Shown: positions 32,739-43,242, counted from the stretch's first letter. The stretch: 64,000 bases of DNA from an uncultured Gemmatimonadaceae bacterium (GCA_963761305.1 CAVXGK010000002.1:2176001-2240000), one strand, 5' to 3'. Made by a program: numbers and translations. Notes: a model not told the origin generated them from the letters alone.

Positions 32739-35648
32739 CTACGGAACGATGGACTGCGTCGTGTTCGTGGGCGCGTAGATGCCGTTGAACAGGAACTTGA
32801 AGGTCCCGTGCGGCTGACCGCGGAACGTGATCTCGGGACCGAACAGATAGACCTTGCCCTTGCCGTAGTTCGACTCGACGACGGCGGCGCCGCCCTCGAG
32901 GTAGTTCTGCCCCCACGCCCAACCGCTGCGCAGTGGCGTCTCGCTGTCGAACCATGCCACCGCCTTCGTACCCTTGAGCGCCGCGTCCGGATCGAGCCGG
33001 AACACAGGGCTGTTGTCGAAGAACACGTCCAGGCGCTTGTCGAATCCGGCCGCCACCGGATCGTTGTTGTCGACGGCGACATTCAGGATCGAGCCCGGCA
33101 CGTAGTACTCCTCGCCGGTAAGCGCGCGATCCGCCTGCCCCGGTCCGCGGACGACGAGGTGATTCTCGATCGGCAGCTCCAGCGCATACCCAAGCGTGGT
33201 CGCCGTGCCGACGGCCACGATCACGCCGCCGTCATTCAGGAACTGCTTGAGCTGCGGGAGCGTGGTCTCCGGCGTCATCTGGCCGATCATGTGTTGATAC
33301 TCGGGCGGGATGCTGGCACCGCGGCCACCACCACCGCCGCCGCCGCGACCACCGAAGCCCGCACCGCCGGCGCCGCGAATTTGCGCGCCCGACGGGAGAA
33401 TCAGCACGTCGAACTTGCTCTTGAGATTGCCGGCGTCGAGATCCTGCGGGTAGACCACCTGATAAGGAATCTCGAATTGCTCGAACTCGTATCGCGTCCA
33501 GCCGGACGGCATCGAGCCGCCGTACTGGTCGAACAGCGCGATGCGCTTGGACGACAGCTTGATCGCGTCCGCCGGCCGCGACGAGACGCCGACGAAGTCC
33601 ACGCCGAGGTCCGCGGCCGACTTTTGCAGCACGGCCGCACTCGCGGCCGGGATGAAGAACGTGCCGGCCGGATACGTCTTGCCATTCGCCTGAATCGGCG
33701 AGCGCAGCCAATCCACCTCGCCGTTCGCCTTGAACACGCGGTTGAGCACCGTGACGGCGTCGTTCTCCGCGTGCGACATCAGGTAGCCCGCCGCACTCGA
33801 TGCATTCGCCAACGCGCCCACCATCGGCTTCGCCAGCTCGGTGCCGCGAATCTGCTTGAGGTTCGGAACGTCGAAACCGTCGAGCACGCGGTCGAACTTC
33901 ACACCCATCTCGTAGGCGAGCGTCCAACCGGCGTTGTCGTATGGGCGACGCGGCGGACCGCCCGGATATGCGAAGTCGTTCGGGTGATCCTGTGGCTCCA
34001 TCATGTCGAGGACCTGCCCGCGCGCCGCCTGGGCGGTCTTGATCACGAACGAGCCGGCCGGATAGTTGTTGCCGGCCACTGAGAACGGCGCCGTCGCCTG
34101 GTCGACGTAGACGCCGACGTGGCGCAGCGTATTCACGAACTTGACCGCCGTGAGGAAGTCCGGCTGGTCCGACGGAATGATGTAGCCGCGCGGATCGCGC
34201 TTGTCTTTGGCGTGGAGCACGTCGTTGTACGCATGCATCTGCGCTTCGACGCTTCCGTTGCCTCGGCCGAAGGGCGCGCCGGGATTCCCGATCGCTCCAC
34301 CGGGTTGATCCCCGGCTGGAACCGGCGCCGCGGCACCACCGCGACCACCACGACCGCCTCGGCCACCGGCCGGCGCGCCCGCCTGAACCGCGCCGCTCGA
34401 CGCGTTGAGCGCCGCCTCGGCTTCGGCGATGCGCTTGCCGGAGATCGTCCAGTTGTCGCGGTTGCCTTCGTCGATCGAGTGCTTCGCCATCAGGTACTTG
34501 TCGTACAGGAACGTCTCACGGTAGCGCGACGCGAGGTCGAAGATCGCGTAGTTCGCTTCCACCGAGTAGTCGATCGCCGTGCGGAAGTGGAAGATGCCCG
34601 GCGTCACCGGCGCCGGCAGGTCGCCGCGCGGCAGCTGCTGATCGGGAATGAACGGGATTCGCTCGGGCGTCGGGTTGCCGATCGTCTCCGTGAGAATGCC
34701 GATGATGCCCTGGAAATAGCCGATCGTTCGGAATCCGCCGTTCCACCACGTCGAGTAGCTCGACCCCGAGCGCATCGTGAAGCCCGGCATGTTGTGCTCG
34801 AGCAAACGCTGGTGAATCGCCGCGCCGACCATGTCGAGCCCCATCACGATCATGGGATCGAAGTTGTAGTTGAACGGATCGCGGAACGGCGGCGAAAACA
34901 TCACCGTGCCCGCGGGTCCGGTCTGGTGATGGTTGTACATGATCACCGGATGCCATTCCCAGAACATGAAGTGGTTCACGTTCTTGGTCTCGGCCAGGTT
35001 CGACATGAACGAATCGCGGTTGTCGTCGTGGCCCGCGTATTTGTTGTACAGACGCGGAATGTTCATCGTCCGCGCGAGCGAATCCTTGTCCTTCATATAC
35101 CAGTCGGCGACGAGTTGCATGCCGTCGGGATTGGCGTGCACGGCGAGGATGATGTCGTCGTGCAGGATGCGCTTCGTCTCGTCGTCGTTGCGGCTGATGA
35201 GCTGGTACGTCGTCTCGATCAGCTGGTTCGCGCCGAGGACTTCGGTGGCGTGGAGGCCGCCGTCGAACCAGACGACCGCCTTGCCTTCCTTTGCCAGCTC
35301 GTGCGCCTGCGCGTCGGTGAGGCCCTCACCTTTCGCGAGCTTCATCGAGATGTCTTTGTATTTCGCGAGGAGCTTGAAGTTTTCCGGCGCCGTGATGATC
35401 GCCGCCATCTGCGGGCGACCCTCGGAAGACTTCCCGATCTCGACCGACTGCATGCGATCGGACTCCTGGTCGATCTTCTTCCAGTACGCCAAGAACTGGT
35501 CGTAGTTGGGCAGCCAGTAGTCGTCGCCGATGTTGTGGCCGAAGAACTCCTTCGGCGACGTCACATGACCCTGCGCGCCGGCGGTGACGGCGGCGAAGGC
35601 GATGGGCGCGAGCGCCAGGCGCCACGAGCGAAGCATCCGCATCTTCAT
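32739..35648 (-). CDS. Secreted M14-family zinc carboxypeptidase
   Basis: GLHATE, NPDG, DDNRD and HHQ; signal peptide. Confidence 0.88.
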   Translation of the reverse strand: MKMRMLRSWRLALAPIAFAAVTAGAQGHVTSPKEFFGHNIGDDYWLPNYDQFLAYWKKIDQESDRMQSVEIGKSSEGRPQMAAIITAPENFKLLAKYKDISMKLAKGEGLTDAQAHELAKEGKAVVWFDGGLHATEVLGANQLIETTYQLISRNDDETKRILHDDIILAVHANPDGMQLVADWYMKDKDSLARTMNIPRLYNKYAGHDDNRDSFMSNLAETKNVNHFMFWEWHPVIMYNHHQTGPAGTVMFSPPFRDPFNYNFDPMIVMGLDMVGAAIHQRLLEHNMPGFTMRSGSSYSTWWNGGFRTIGYFQGIIGILTETIGNPTPERIPFIPDQQLPRGDLPAPVTPGIFHFRTAIDYSVEANYAIFDLASRYRETFLYDKYLMAKHSIDEGNRDNWTISGKRIAEAEAALNASSGAVQAGAPAGGRGGRGGRGGAAAPVPAGDQPGGAIGNPGAPFGRGNGSVEAQMHAYNDVLHAKDKRDPRGYIIPSDQPDFLTAVKFVNTLRHVGVYVDQATAPFSVAGNNYPAGSFVIKTAQAARGQVLDMMEPQDHPNDFAYPGGPPRRPYDNAGWTLAYEMGVKFDRVLDGFDVPNLKQIRGTELAKPMVGALANASSAAGYLMSHAENDAVTVLNRVFKANGEVDWLRSPIQANGKTYPAGTFFIPAASAAVLQKSAADLGVDFVGVSSRPADAIKLSSKRIALFDQYGGSMPSGWTRYEFEQFEIPYQVVYPQDLDAGNLKSKFDVLILPSGAQIRGAGGAGFGGRGGGGGGGRGASIPPEYQHMIGQMTPETTLPQLKQFLNDGGVIVAVGTATTLGYALELPIENHLVVRGPGQADRALTGEEYYVPGSILNVAVDNNDPVAAGFDKRLDVFFDNSPVFRLDPDAALKGTKAVAWFDSETPLRSGWAWGQNYLEGGAAVVESNYGKGKVYLFGPEITFRGQPHGTFKFLFNGIYAPTNTTQSIVP

Positions 35649-35876
35649 CGAGAGCCTCTGAACTGGTGGGAAAAGGGCGGCGTTTCAAGTGCCAGGGAGC
35701 CGACGAAACCGGGTGCAAGTCTCGCCTGGGACGCAGGATAGATTGGCCTCTGGGACTACGCGTCGGAAGGGCCTAGCGCTGGTGCCGAAACCCCTCGACA
35801 GAGCGCCCGAAGGGCGGTAGCGTCGAGGCGTTGGGCCTCGACGCCGGAACCCCCACCCTCGCCCGGATTGGCCTAC

Positions 35877-37004
35877 ATGCGCGCCGTTCAGGCAGTTGTG
35901 CTCGCCGGTTTGTTCATCGCCGCGGCCGGAGGACCGGGCCGCGGGCAATCAGTGGCCGTGGCGCCGTACCCCAAGACGGGCGTCGACTACAGCGGCATCG
36001 ACGCGTTCTATCGAATCGCCGACATCCTGGCCAAGGACGCGGAGCCCACCGAAGGAGAGTGGGCGGCGATGCTCGCGACGCCCGGCTACCGCATGGTCCA
36101 AATCGACAACCGCGGAATCCGCGGCCGAATCGATTTGGCGCTCAAGCCATCGCGTCGCGCGGAGCGAGACAGTGTGCTCAAGACGGACGGCGACGCGTCT
36201 CGGGCCGTGGCTCACCTGATCGAAGCCGCCGCCAACCGCCAGCGCGTCCTCGAGACGCGTCGAGTCCTCGCGCATTCCATCGCCGATTCCATTGCTCGGG
36301 CAAGCGTCCGCAGCGCGCGATTTCTTCCGGCGGGCACCGTCGAGCGCATCGGCACTCCTTTCATGGCGTTCGCGGTTTTCGCCGACGACGGGTTTGCCGA
36401 GGATCCCGGCGTGCTGCTCGATCCGCTCTACGTCGAGAAACAGGGTCTCGTGGATCTGCTCGCGCACGAGTTCCACCACTGCTTCACCAGCGCGTTGGAT
36501 CGCACGCTGTCGCGCCCCGAGCTCATGGCGCTGCGGCCGCCGCCGACCGACATCGCGCTGTTCTTCGTGCTCGTGCATTTGCGCAACGAAGGAGTGGCCG
36601 ATCAGGTCGACAAGACCTATCCTCTCCCGACCCAGGCCGGACTCGAGTGGTATGCGAAGGGTTACAACGAAGCCTATCCGCGGACGCCGGCCCTCCTTCG
36701 TTCGTTCGATTCGCTGCTCACGATCGCCGCCGACCACCCGGAGAGCGTGCGCGCCCTCGCCCCGACGGCTCAGAAATTGTTCTGGTCGAACGGCCATCCG
36801 AATGGAGCCTACATGGCGCGCGAGATCGTCGAGACCTTTGGCGTTGACTCGCTCTTCCCGGGCCTGTACGACCCGATGGCGTTCGCGCGTACATATGCGT
36901 CCGCCGAACGGAAGCGCGGCAACCCGCCGCCGTTCTCCGAGAAGACGATGAGGTTGTTCGATTCCATGACGGCTCGATTCGAACGGCCGGCTGAGTCCCG
37001 GTAA
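35877..37004 (+). CDS. Secreted putative Zn-dependent protease
   Basis: AHEFHH followed by NEGVAD; signal peptide. Confidence 0.7.
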   Translation: MRAVQAVVLAGLFIAAAGGPGRGQSVAVAPYPKTGVDYSGIDAFYRIADILAKDAEPTEGEWAAMLATPGYRMVQIDNRGIRGRIDLALKPSRRAERDSVLKTDGDASRAVAHLIEAAANRQRVLETRRVLAHSIADSIARASVRSARFLPAGTVERIGTPFMAFAVFADDGFAEDPGVLLDPLYVEKQGLVDLLAHEFHHCFTSALDRTLSRPELMALRPPPTDIALFFVLVHLRNEGVADQVDKTYPLPTQAGLEWYAKGYNEAYPRTPALLRSFDSLLTIAADHPESVRALAPTAQKLFWSNGHPNGAYMAREIVETFGVDSLFPGLYDPMAFARTYASAERKRGNPPPFSEKTMRLFDSMTARFERPAESR

Positions 37005-37031
37005 TCGTTCCGCGCGCGTGCTGGGGCAGCA

Positions 37032-37820
37032 ATGAGGCGCGCGCTTCCGAGCGCACTGTGCATTGGGCTGGCGGTTCACCCGATGCCGGCGCAAGAACGC
37101 TCGACGGCGGACAAGCCGCGTGGCGCAATCTTCGGTGCGGTCACCGACACAGCGCTCGCGCCGATCGCCGGCGCCGACATTGAATTCGTCGGCACGGCGA
37201 TTCAGGTCAAATCCGATGCGACCGGCCGCTTCCTCGTCACGAGCCTGCCGCCGGGCTCGTACATCGTCATCGCACGGCGCGTGAGTTTTCAGCCGAGCGT
37301 CAACGTCGCCGAAGTGCGGCCAGGCGACACGCTGCGCCTCGCGTTTCTCCTCCAGCCCGCAGCGGCCGAACTGAAGCCGGTCGTCGTCACCGAGCGCGCC
37401 GGATCCGCACGTTTGAAAGAATTCGAATCGCGGCGCGCCAAGGGCGTCGGCGAATTCTTCACTCAGCAGCAAATCGAGGCGCGGAACGTCCAGGCAGTGA
37501 TCGACCTGCTTTGGGAATCGAAGACGATCCGCCTCAAGCAAACCGGGCTAGGTGCCGTGGCGTTGAGCCGCCGGAATTTCGGGTACGACTGCTACATGCA
37601 GGTTTATGTCGACGGCGTTCCGCTCGACGGTCCCAAGGGCGGCCCCGTGGACATCATGTCGCTCCCGTCGCCGAAGGAACTCATGCGCATCGAGATTTAC
37701 GCCGGAGCCGCGACGACTCCGATCTGGCTTCCTGCCGACCGCGGCATGTCGCACACTGGCTGCGGCGCGATCATGCTCTGGACCCGCGACGGCTCGGAGC
37801 CCGAGAGAAAGCCAAGCTGA
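37032..37820 (+). CDS. Secreted protein with carboxypeptidase-regulatory-like domain and plug-like C-terminus
   Basis: GAIFGAVTD...SDATGRF...YVDGVP...IEIYAG...CGAIMLWTR. Confidence 0.75.
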   Translation: MRRALPSALCIGLAVHPMPAQERSTADKPRGAIFGAVTDTALAPIAGADIEFVGTAIQVKSDATGRFLVTSLPPGSYIVIARRVSFQPSVNVAEVRPGDTLRLAFLLQPAAAELKPVVVTERAGSARLKEFESRRAKGVGEFFTQQQIEARNVQAVIDLLWESKTIRLKQTGLGAVALSRRNFGYDCYMQVYVDGVPLDGPKGGPVDIMSLPSPKELMRIEIYAGAATTPIWLPADRGMSHTGCGAIMLWTRDGSEPERKPS

Positions 37821-37834
37821 ACCGGTCCACCGGT

Positions 37835-38593
37835 TCAGCCGTCCAGCCGCGTCAGTACTCTCGGTCCGTCCTCGGTGATCGCGACCGTGTGCTCGAAATG
37901 CGCCGACAGCGATCCGTCGAGCGTCACGATCGTCCACCGATCCGCGAGCGTCTTCGTCGCCGGTCCGCCGACGTTCACCATCGGCTCGATCGCCAGCGTG
38001 AGGCCCGCCGAGAGGCGCTCGCGCCGCTTGGGCTTGCCATAGTTCGGTACCTGCGGCTCCTCGTGGAATTCGACGCCGATGCCGTGGCCCACCAGATCAC
38101 GCACCACGGTGAATCCCGACTCCTCGACGACGCCCTGCACCGCCGCGCCGATGTCGCCGATGTGATTGCCGACGACCGCCGCGTCGATCCCCGCCGCCAG
38201 TGCCTTCTGCGTGACGTCGAGCAACCGTTGCGCTTCGGTCGAAATCGTGCCGACGGGTACCGTCGTCGCGCTGTCGGTGAAGTAGCCCTTATAGCCGACG
38301 CCGACGTCGAGCGAGATGATGTCGCCCTCTTTGACGACGCGCTTCGGCGACGGAATGCCGTGCACGATCTCGTTGTTCACCGACGCGCAGATGCTGCCCG
38401 GAAATCCGTACAGCCCTTTGAACGCCGGCACCGCGCCCTCGTGGCTCCGGATGAACTGCTCGGCGATCGTGTCGAGCTCGCCCGTCGAGATGCCGGGGCG
38501 CACCGCGCCGCGCAATGTTTCGACGGTCGCGGCGAGAATTTTCCCGCCTTGCGTCATGAGATCGAGCTCGCGGGCCGACTTGAGCTGAATCAC
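37835..38593 (-). CDS. map: Methionine aminopeptidase type I
   Basis: SVNNEIVHGIP, GHGIG, AIEPMVN and SAHFEHT; GTGA overlap with adk. Confidence 0.97.
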   Translation of the reverse strand: MIQLKSARELDLMTQGGKILAATVETLRGAVRPGISTGELDTIAEQFIRSHEGAVPAFKGLYGFPGSICASVNNEIVHGIPSPKRVVKEGDIISLDVGVGYKGYFTDSATTVPVGTISTEAQRLLDVTQKALAAGIDAAVVGNHIGDIGAAVQGVVEESGFTVVRDLVGHGIGVEFHEEPQVPNYGKPKRRERLSAGLTLAIEPMVNVGGPATKTLADRWTIVTLDGSLSAHFEHTVAITEDGPRVLTRLDG

Positions 38594-39228
38594 ACGTCGA
38601 GCGCCTTCAGCGCGCGCGCGGTGATCTCGTCGACCGTTCCCACCGCGTTGATGACGATCACTTTGCCGCCGTTCTTCGCGTACCAGTCGAGCACTGGCGC
38701 CGTCTGTTCGTCGTAGACGCGCAGCCTCGTGCGAATGGCCTCGGGTTCGTCGTCCTTTCGCCGCACGAGCTTTCCGCCGTCCTTTTTGTCGCACGCCGAG
38801 CCCGGCAGCCGTCCGGCGTACGGCGTCTGGCATTTCTCACACACCGTGCGCGTGCTCAAGCGGTTCACGATCTCGTCGTTGTCGATGTCGAAGACGAGCA
38901 CCGCGTCCACCCGCCGCATGAGCAGCGTGAGCATCATGGCCAGCCCCTCGGCCTGCGGCACGGTGCGGACGACGCCGTCGAGCAGCACGCCGCGTTCGTA
39001 CTCGGGGTGCTTCAACTCCTCGCCCACGATGCCGAGGATGACCGAGTCCGGCACGAGGTCCCCGCGATCCATGAACGCCTTGGCCTCGAGTCCGAGCTTG
39101 GTGCCGGCGCGCACCGCGCCGCGCAGCACATCGCCCGTCGCCAGCGTCGGCACGCCGAGCTTCGCCGACAGCAGCGGCGCCTGCGTTCCCTTCCCCGCGC
39201 CCGGTTTTCCGAAGAGGACGATGATCAT
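38590..39228 (-). CDS. adk: Adenylate kinase
   Basis: GKPGAGKGTQA, GDLVPD and RRKDD. Confidence 0.97.
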   Translation of the reverse strand: MIIVLFGKPGAGKGTQAPLLSAKLGVPTLATGDVLRGAVRAGTKLGLEAKAFMDRGDLVPDSVILGIVGEELKHPEYERGVLLDGVVRTVPQAEGLAMMLTLLMRRVDAVLVFDIDNDEIVNRLSTRTVCEKCQTPYAGRLPGSACDKKDGGKLVRRKDDEPEAIRTRLRVYDEQTAPVLDWYAKNGGKVIVINAVGTVDEITARALKALDV

Positions 39229-39330
39229 GGTGGCGGAAATGTATGGGGATTCCGGTGCATCCGGGAATGAAAGGATGACGGTCGTTCCGCGCCGGCGAGC
39301 CACCCTATCGGTCGGCTCTCGGAACTACTC

Positions 39331-39773
39331 AACGCAGAGGCGCGGAGGCGCGGAGAACGACCATGAGGGAATTGAACGACATCAGTGGTGAGATCGTCGA
39401 CGGGTCCGTGCGGGTTCATTCGGCACTCGGCCCCGGATTGCTCGAGAGCGCCTACCAGACATGCCTTGCGTACGAGCTTCGAGAGCGCGGGCTGTTCGTT
39501 CGCACGCAGGTGCCACTCCCAGTCGTGTACCGAGGCATCGAACTGTCAGTCGGCTACAGAGTTGATCTTCTCGTCGATGACGCCGTCATGGCGGAGCTCA
39601 AAACCGTCCCAAACATCCTACCGGTCCATGAAGGCCAACTTCTCACATACCTCAAGATGAGCGATCGTCGACTGGGCCTGCTCCTCAACTTCCATGTTCC
39701 GCCGATGCGAGACGGCATCAAGCGCCTCGTAAACAAATTCTAATGTTTCTCTGCGACTCCGCGTCTCCGCGGT
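39331..39773 (+). mobile_element. Candidate element: GxxExxY gene framed by 27-bp imperfect inverted repeats
   Basis: Arms 39331-39357 and 39747-39773 match 22/27; each is three CGC(A/G)GAG-N octamers; inserted antisense between secY and adk. Confidence 0.55.
39363..39743 (+). CDS. GxxExxY family PD-(D/E)xK nuclease-fold protein
   Basis: LGPGLLESAY, RVDLLVD...AELK, QLLTYLK and GLLLNF. Confidence 0.95.
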   Translation: MRELNDISGEIVDGSVRVHSALGPGLLESAYQTCLAYELRERGLFVRTQVPLPVVYRGIELSVGYRVDLLVDDAVMAELKTVPNILPVHEGQLLTYLKMSDRRLGLLLNFHVPPMRDGIKRLVNKF

Positions 39774-39795
39774 AAAGCTGTTCACGACGCGCCAC

Positions 39796-39828
39796 AAAAG
39801 AGGAGGCCCGGCCTTTGACAGCCGGGCC
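39796..39828 (-). terminator. Terminator-like hairpin after secY
   Basis: GGCCCGGC-8-GCCGGGCC followed by TCCTCTTTT on the minus strand. Confidence 0.6.
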
Positions 39829-39849
39829 CCGAACGACTCCGCGACCTCG

Positions 39850-41190
39850 CTAGTACCCGCCGGGCGCTCCCTGCCGCCCACGGAACTTGATCCGCCCTTT
39901 CTTCATGAAGCCGTCATACTTCCGCAGCAGCAGGTGCTGTTCCATCTGCGTGATCGTATCCAGCGCGACGCCGACAACGATCAGCAGCGACGTACCACCG
40001 AAGTTGAACGGCACGTTCATCGCCGTCGAAATCCAGATCGGCAGGAGCGCGACGGCCGTCAGGAAGAGCGCGCCGGGCAGCGTGATCTTGGAGACGACGT
40101 CGTCGATGTACTCGGCCGTCTTGGCGCCGGGCTTCACGCCCGGCACGAACCCGCCCTGCTTCTTCAGATTCTCGGCGACATCGATCGGGTTGAAGATGAT
40201 CGACGTGTAGAAGTACGTGAAGAACAGGATGAGGATCGCCGACAGGATGTAGTACATCGTCGACCCTGGAGCGAGATAGTCCGCGAAATCGCGAAGACGC
40301 GGGCTGCCCATGAACTGCGCGATGGCGCCTGGCACGACGATCACCGACTGCGCGAAGACGATCGGCATCACGCCCGACGCGTTGACGCGAAGCGGGATGA
40401 AGCTGCGGCTCGCTTCGCGCATCCGGCCTTTCGCCATCGTCCGCTGCGGTATCTGGATCAGCACCTTGCGCGCCGCCATCGTCACCGTGACCACGGCCGC
40501 GACGACGCCCGCCATGATGAGGATCAGCACGACGAGCGAGAAGGCGCCGATGACGCCCGTGCTCACGTAGCCGAACGCCGAGAAAATGCTCGGCCAGATG
40601 CGCTCGACGATCGAGAAGAAGATCATCAAGCTCGCGCCGTTGCCGATCCCGCGCTCGGTGATCTGTTCGCCGAGCCACATCACGAACACCGCGCCGACGG
40701 TGAGGAAGAACGTCATCAGCAAGCGGAATCTGAAACCGGGATTCACGACGGCGCCGGTGATGCCTTCGGCGAAAATCGCGAAGCCCCACGCCTGCACGGC
40801 GGCGAGCGCCACGGTCGCGTAGCGCGACCACTGGTTCAGGCGCTTTCTGCCTTCCTCGTCCTTCGACATCTTGTCGACCTGCGGCACCACGGCCTGCGCG
40901 ATCTGCTGGAAGATGCTGGCCGAGATGTACGGCATGATCCCCAGCGCGAAGACCGTCGCGCGGGCGAGCTGGCCGCCGGTGAACAGATTGTACAACCCGA
41001 GCAGACCGCCGCCGTTCTTCTGCGAATCGATGAAATCCGAGATCGCCTGCGGGTTGATGCCCGGCGCCGTGACGTGCGCGCCGATGCGATACACCAGCAG
41101 GCAGAGCAGCGTGAACAGGATCTTGTCTTTCAGCTCCGGCGTGCGAAACAGATTCTGGACCGCGTTCGTCGCCGCATTCGACTGAGCCAT
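39850..41190 (-). CDS. secY: Preprotein translocase SecY
   Basis: FALGIMPYISASI, WLGEQITERGIGNG and GGTSLLIVVGV. Confidence 0.98.
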   Translation of the reverse strand: MAQSNAATNAVQNLFRTPELKDKILFTLLCLLVYRIGAHVTAPGINPQAISDFIDSQKNGGGLLGLYNLFTGGQLARATVFALGIMPYISASIFQQIAQAVVPQVDKMSKDEEGRKRLNQWSRYATVALAAVQAWGFAIFAEGITGAVVNPGFRFRLLMTFFLTVGAVFVMWLGEQITERGIGNGASLMIFFSIVERIWPSIFSAFGYVSTGVIGAFSLVVLILIMAGVVAAVVTVTMAARKVLIQIPQRTMAKGRMREASRSFIPLRVNASGVMPIVFAQSVIVVPGAIAQFMGSPRLRDFADYLAPGSTMYYILSAILILFFTYFYTSIIFNPIDVAENLKKQGGFVPGVKPGAKTAEYIDDVVSKITLPGALFLTAVALLPIWISTAMNVPFNFGGTSLLIVVGVALDTITQMEQHLLLRKYDGFMKKGRIKFRGRQGAPGGY

Positions 41191-41203
41191 GATGTTCCCT
41201 CGG

Positions 41204-41686
41204 TTACTCCTCGACGCGGCCACCGGCCGCAACAATCTTCTCGCGGGCGCCAGCGCTCACCTTGAGCCCGCGCACGGCGATCGCCTTCGTAATCTCGCCG
41301 TTCGCCAACACCTTCACCGGTCCCTTCGCGGCGCGGATCATACCCGCCTCGGCAAGTGACTCGCGCGTGATCTCGCCGTCGAGCGTCTCGAGATCGTTCA
41401 GCCGCACGATCTGCGATTCCACGCGGAACGGATTGGTGAAGCCGCGCTTCGGCAAGCGACGCGTGAGCGGCATCTGGCCACCCTCGAAATGTGGCTTGCC
41501 GCCGCCCGGACCGTGGTGGCCCGCGCGCGCCTTGATACCCTTGGTGCCTTTGCCCGACGTCTTACCGGTGCCGGAGCCCGGACCGCGACCCAGACGTTTG
41601 CGGTTGCGCGTCGCGCCCGGCGCGGGCACGAGGTTGTAGAGGCCGATCTTTTCGACCTTGGCCTCGGCCTTCGCTTTCTTCGCCAT
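41204..41686 (-). CDS. rplO: 50S ribosomal protein L15
   Basis: [15 protein letters not shown] and FEGGQMPL. Confidence 0.97.
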   Translation of the reverse strand: MAKKAKAEAKVEKIGLYNLVPAPGATRNRKRLGRGPGSGTGKTSGKGTKGIKARAGHHGPGGGKPHFEGGQMPLTRRLPKRGFTNPFRVESQIVRLNDLETLDGEITRESLAEAGMIRAAKGPVKVLANGEITKAIAVRGLKVSAGAREKIVAAGGRVEE

Positions 41687-42003
41687 TACTTGGTCTCCTC
41701 CGCCGTCTCGGCCTTCGCCCTGGCTTTCGCTTTGGGCTTGGCCTTGGCCTGCCCGTCGATCACCGTGACCTGGACGAGATGACGAACTTGCTTGAGCTGT
41801 CCGCGCAGTCCGTCGGTGATCGGTTTCTCGACCACGGCCTGGTGGTGCTTGAGACCGATCGCTTCGAGCGTCGCACGCATGCGCCACGAGTGCCCGATGC
41901 CGCTGCGGACCTGTTTGATGCGTACGCTGCCCGACTCGGGCAGGTTTTGTTTTTCGGTTTTCGCCGGCCCGCGTCGCGGGTGCCACACGAACGTGCGCGC
42001 CAT
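41686..42003 (-). CDS. rpmD: 50S ribosomal protein L30 with N- and C-terminal extensions
   Basis: IKQVRSGIG...TLEAIGL; position between rpsE and rplO. Confidence 0.92.
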   Translation of the reverse strand: MARTFVWHPRRGPAKTEKQNLPESGSVRIKQVRSGIGHSWRMRATLEAIGLKHHQAVVEKPITDGLRGQLKQVRHLVQVTVIDGQAKAKPKAKARAKAETAEETK

Positions 42004-42884
42004 TAGACCGTCGTCTCCTTCGCCGCGGCGCGATGCGTGCCGTCACGCGACTTGGCGCGCGAGCGATACTGCAGCGACGACGTCTCCACACCGCGCTCGC
42101 GCGCGATCTGTTCGACGGTCGTGAGCTTCTGCAGTCCCTGCATCGCCGCGCGAACCATGTTGTGCGGGTTGGTCGAGCCGAGGCTCTTGGTGAGGATGTC
42201 CGAGATGCCGGCGCATTCCATGATGGCGCGCACGGCACCGCCGGCGATCACGCCGGCGCCCGGGGCGGCCGGTTTCATTAGTACCCGGCCGGCGCCGTGT
42301 GATCCAACGATCTCGTGGGGAATCGTGCTGCCGGTGAGCGGGATGTTCACCATCTTGCGGCGCGCCGCGTCGACCGCCTTGCGGACGGCCTCCGAGACTT
42401 CGTTCGCCTTGCCCGATGCGAAGCCGACCCGCCCCTGTCCGTCGCCGACGGCCACCAGCGCGTTGAACGAGAAGCGCCGGCCGCCCTTCACGACCTTGGC
42501 CACGCGGTTGATGGCGATCACGTTCTCGACGAGATCGCTGCCTTCACCGCGCTCGCGCTGGTCGCCGTGACGGCCGCCGCCTTCGCGTCCGCCACCACCA
42601 CCGCGTCCGCCGCGATCGCCGCCGCGGTCACCGCCGCCGCCCGGACCACCGCCGCCACCGGGACCGCCGCGACCGCGACCGCCCGGACCACCACCCCCGC
42701 CCGGCCCACGGCCGCCACCGCCACGACCCCCGCCGCCACGACCGCCGCCGCCACGGCCACCGCCGCCGCGACCGCTGCGCGCGCTGCCGCCGGCGCCCGC
42801 GCCACCGCCGCCGCTGCTACGGCCTTGCGCGGGCGGGGACTGGGATGCGCCGCTCGCTCCGGATGTATTCTGAGTGTCTTCCAT
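42003..42884 (-). CDS. rpsE: 30S ribosomal protein S5 with long RGG-rich N-terminus
   Basis: [16 protein letters not shown] and [10 protein letters not shown]. Confidence 0.97.
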   Translation of the reverse strand: MEDTQNTSGASGASQSPPAQGRSSGGGGAGAGGSARSGRGGGGRGGGGRGGGGRGGGGRGPGGGGGPGGRGRGGPGGGGGPGGGGDRGGDRGGRGGGGGREGGGRHGDQRERGEGSDLVENVIAINRVAKVVKGGRRFSFNALVAVGDGQGRVGFASGKANEVSEAVRKAVDAARRKMVNIPLTGSTIPHEIVGSHGAGRVLMKPAAPGAGVIAGGAVRAIMECAGISDILTKSLGSTNPHNMVRAAMQGLQKLTTVEQIARERGVETSSLQYRSRAKSRDGTHRAAAKETTV

Positions 42885-42886
42885 TA

Positions 42887-43240
42887 TTAGAACTCCAAAC
42901 CGCCCTCACGGGCGCCGTCAGCCACGGCTTTCACTCGGCCGTGGAACTTGTAACCCGCGCGATCGAACACGACTCTCTTGATACCGGCGTCTTTCGCCTT
43001 CGCGGCGACGCGCTTGCCGACTTCGAGCGACTTCTCCGTCTTCTTGCCGGTCTCCAGATCCGTGCTCGACACCGTCATCAGCGTGCGGCGCGACACGTCG
43101 TCGACCAGCTGGGCGGTGATGTGCTTGAGCGAACGGAACACGACGAGGCGCGGGCGCTCCGGCGTGCCGGTGACTTTTTTCCGAACGCGGAGGTGGCGGC
43201 GATGCCGCTTCTGCTCACGCGACTTTCCGAACGTTGGCAT
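42887..43240 (-). CDS. rplR: 50S ribosomal protein L18
   Basis: RPRLVVFRS and [14 protein letters not shown]. Confidence 0.97.
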   Translation of the reverse strand: MPTFGKSREQKRHRRHLRVRKKVTGTPERPRLVVFRSLKHITAQLVDDVSRRTLMTVSSTDLETGKKTEKSLEVGKRVAAKAKDAGIKRVVFDRAGYKFHGRVKAVADGAREGGLEF

Positions 43241-43242
43241 GA

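Noticed and set aside
39320..39790. Classical IS element at the GxxExxY locus
   Set aside because: No DDE/HUH transposase and no clear target-site duplication
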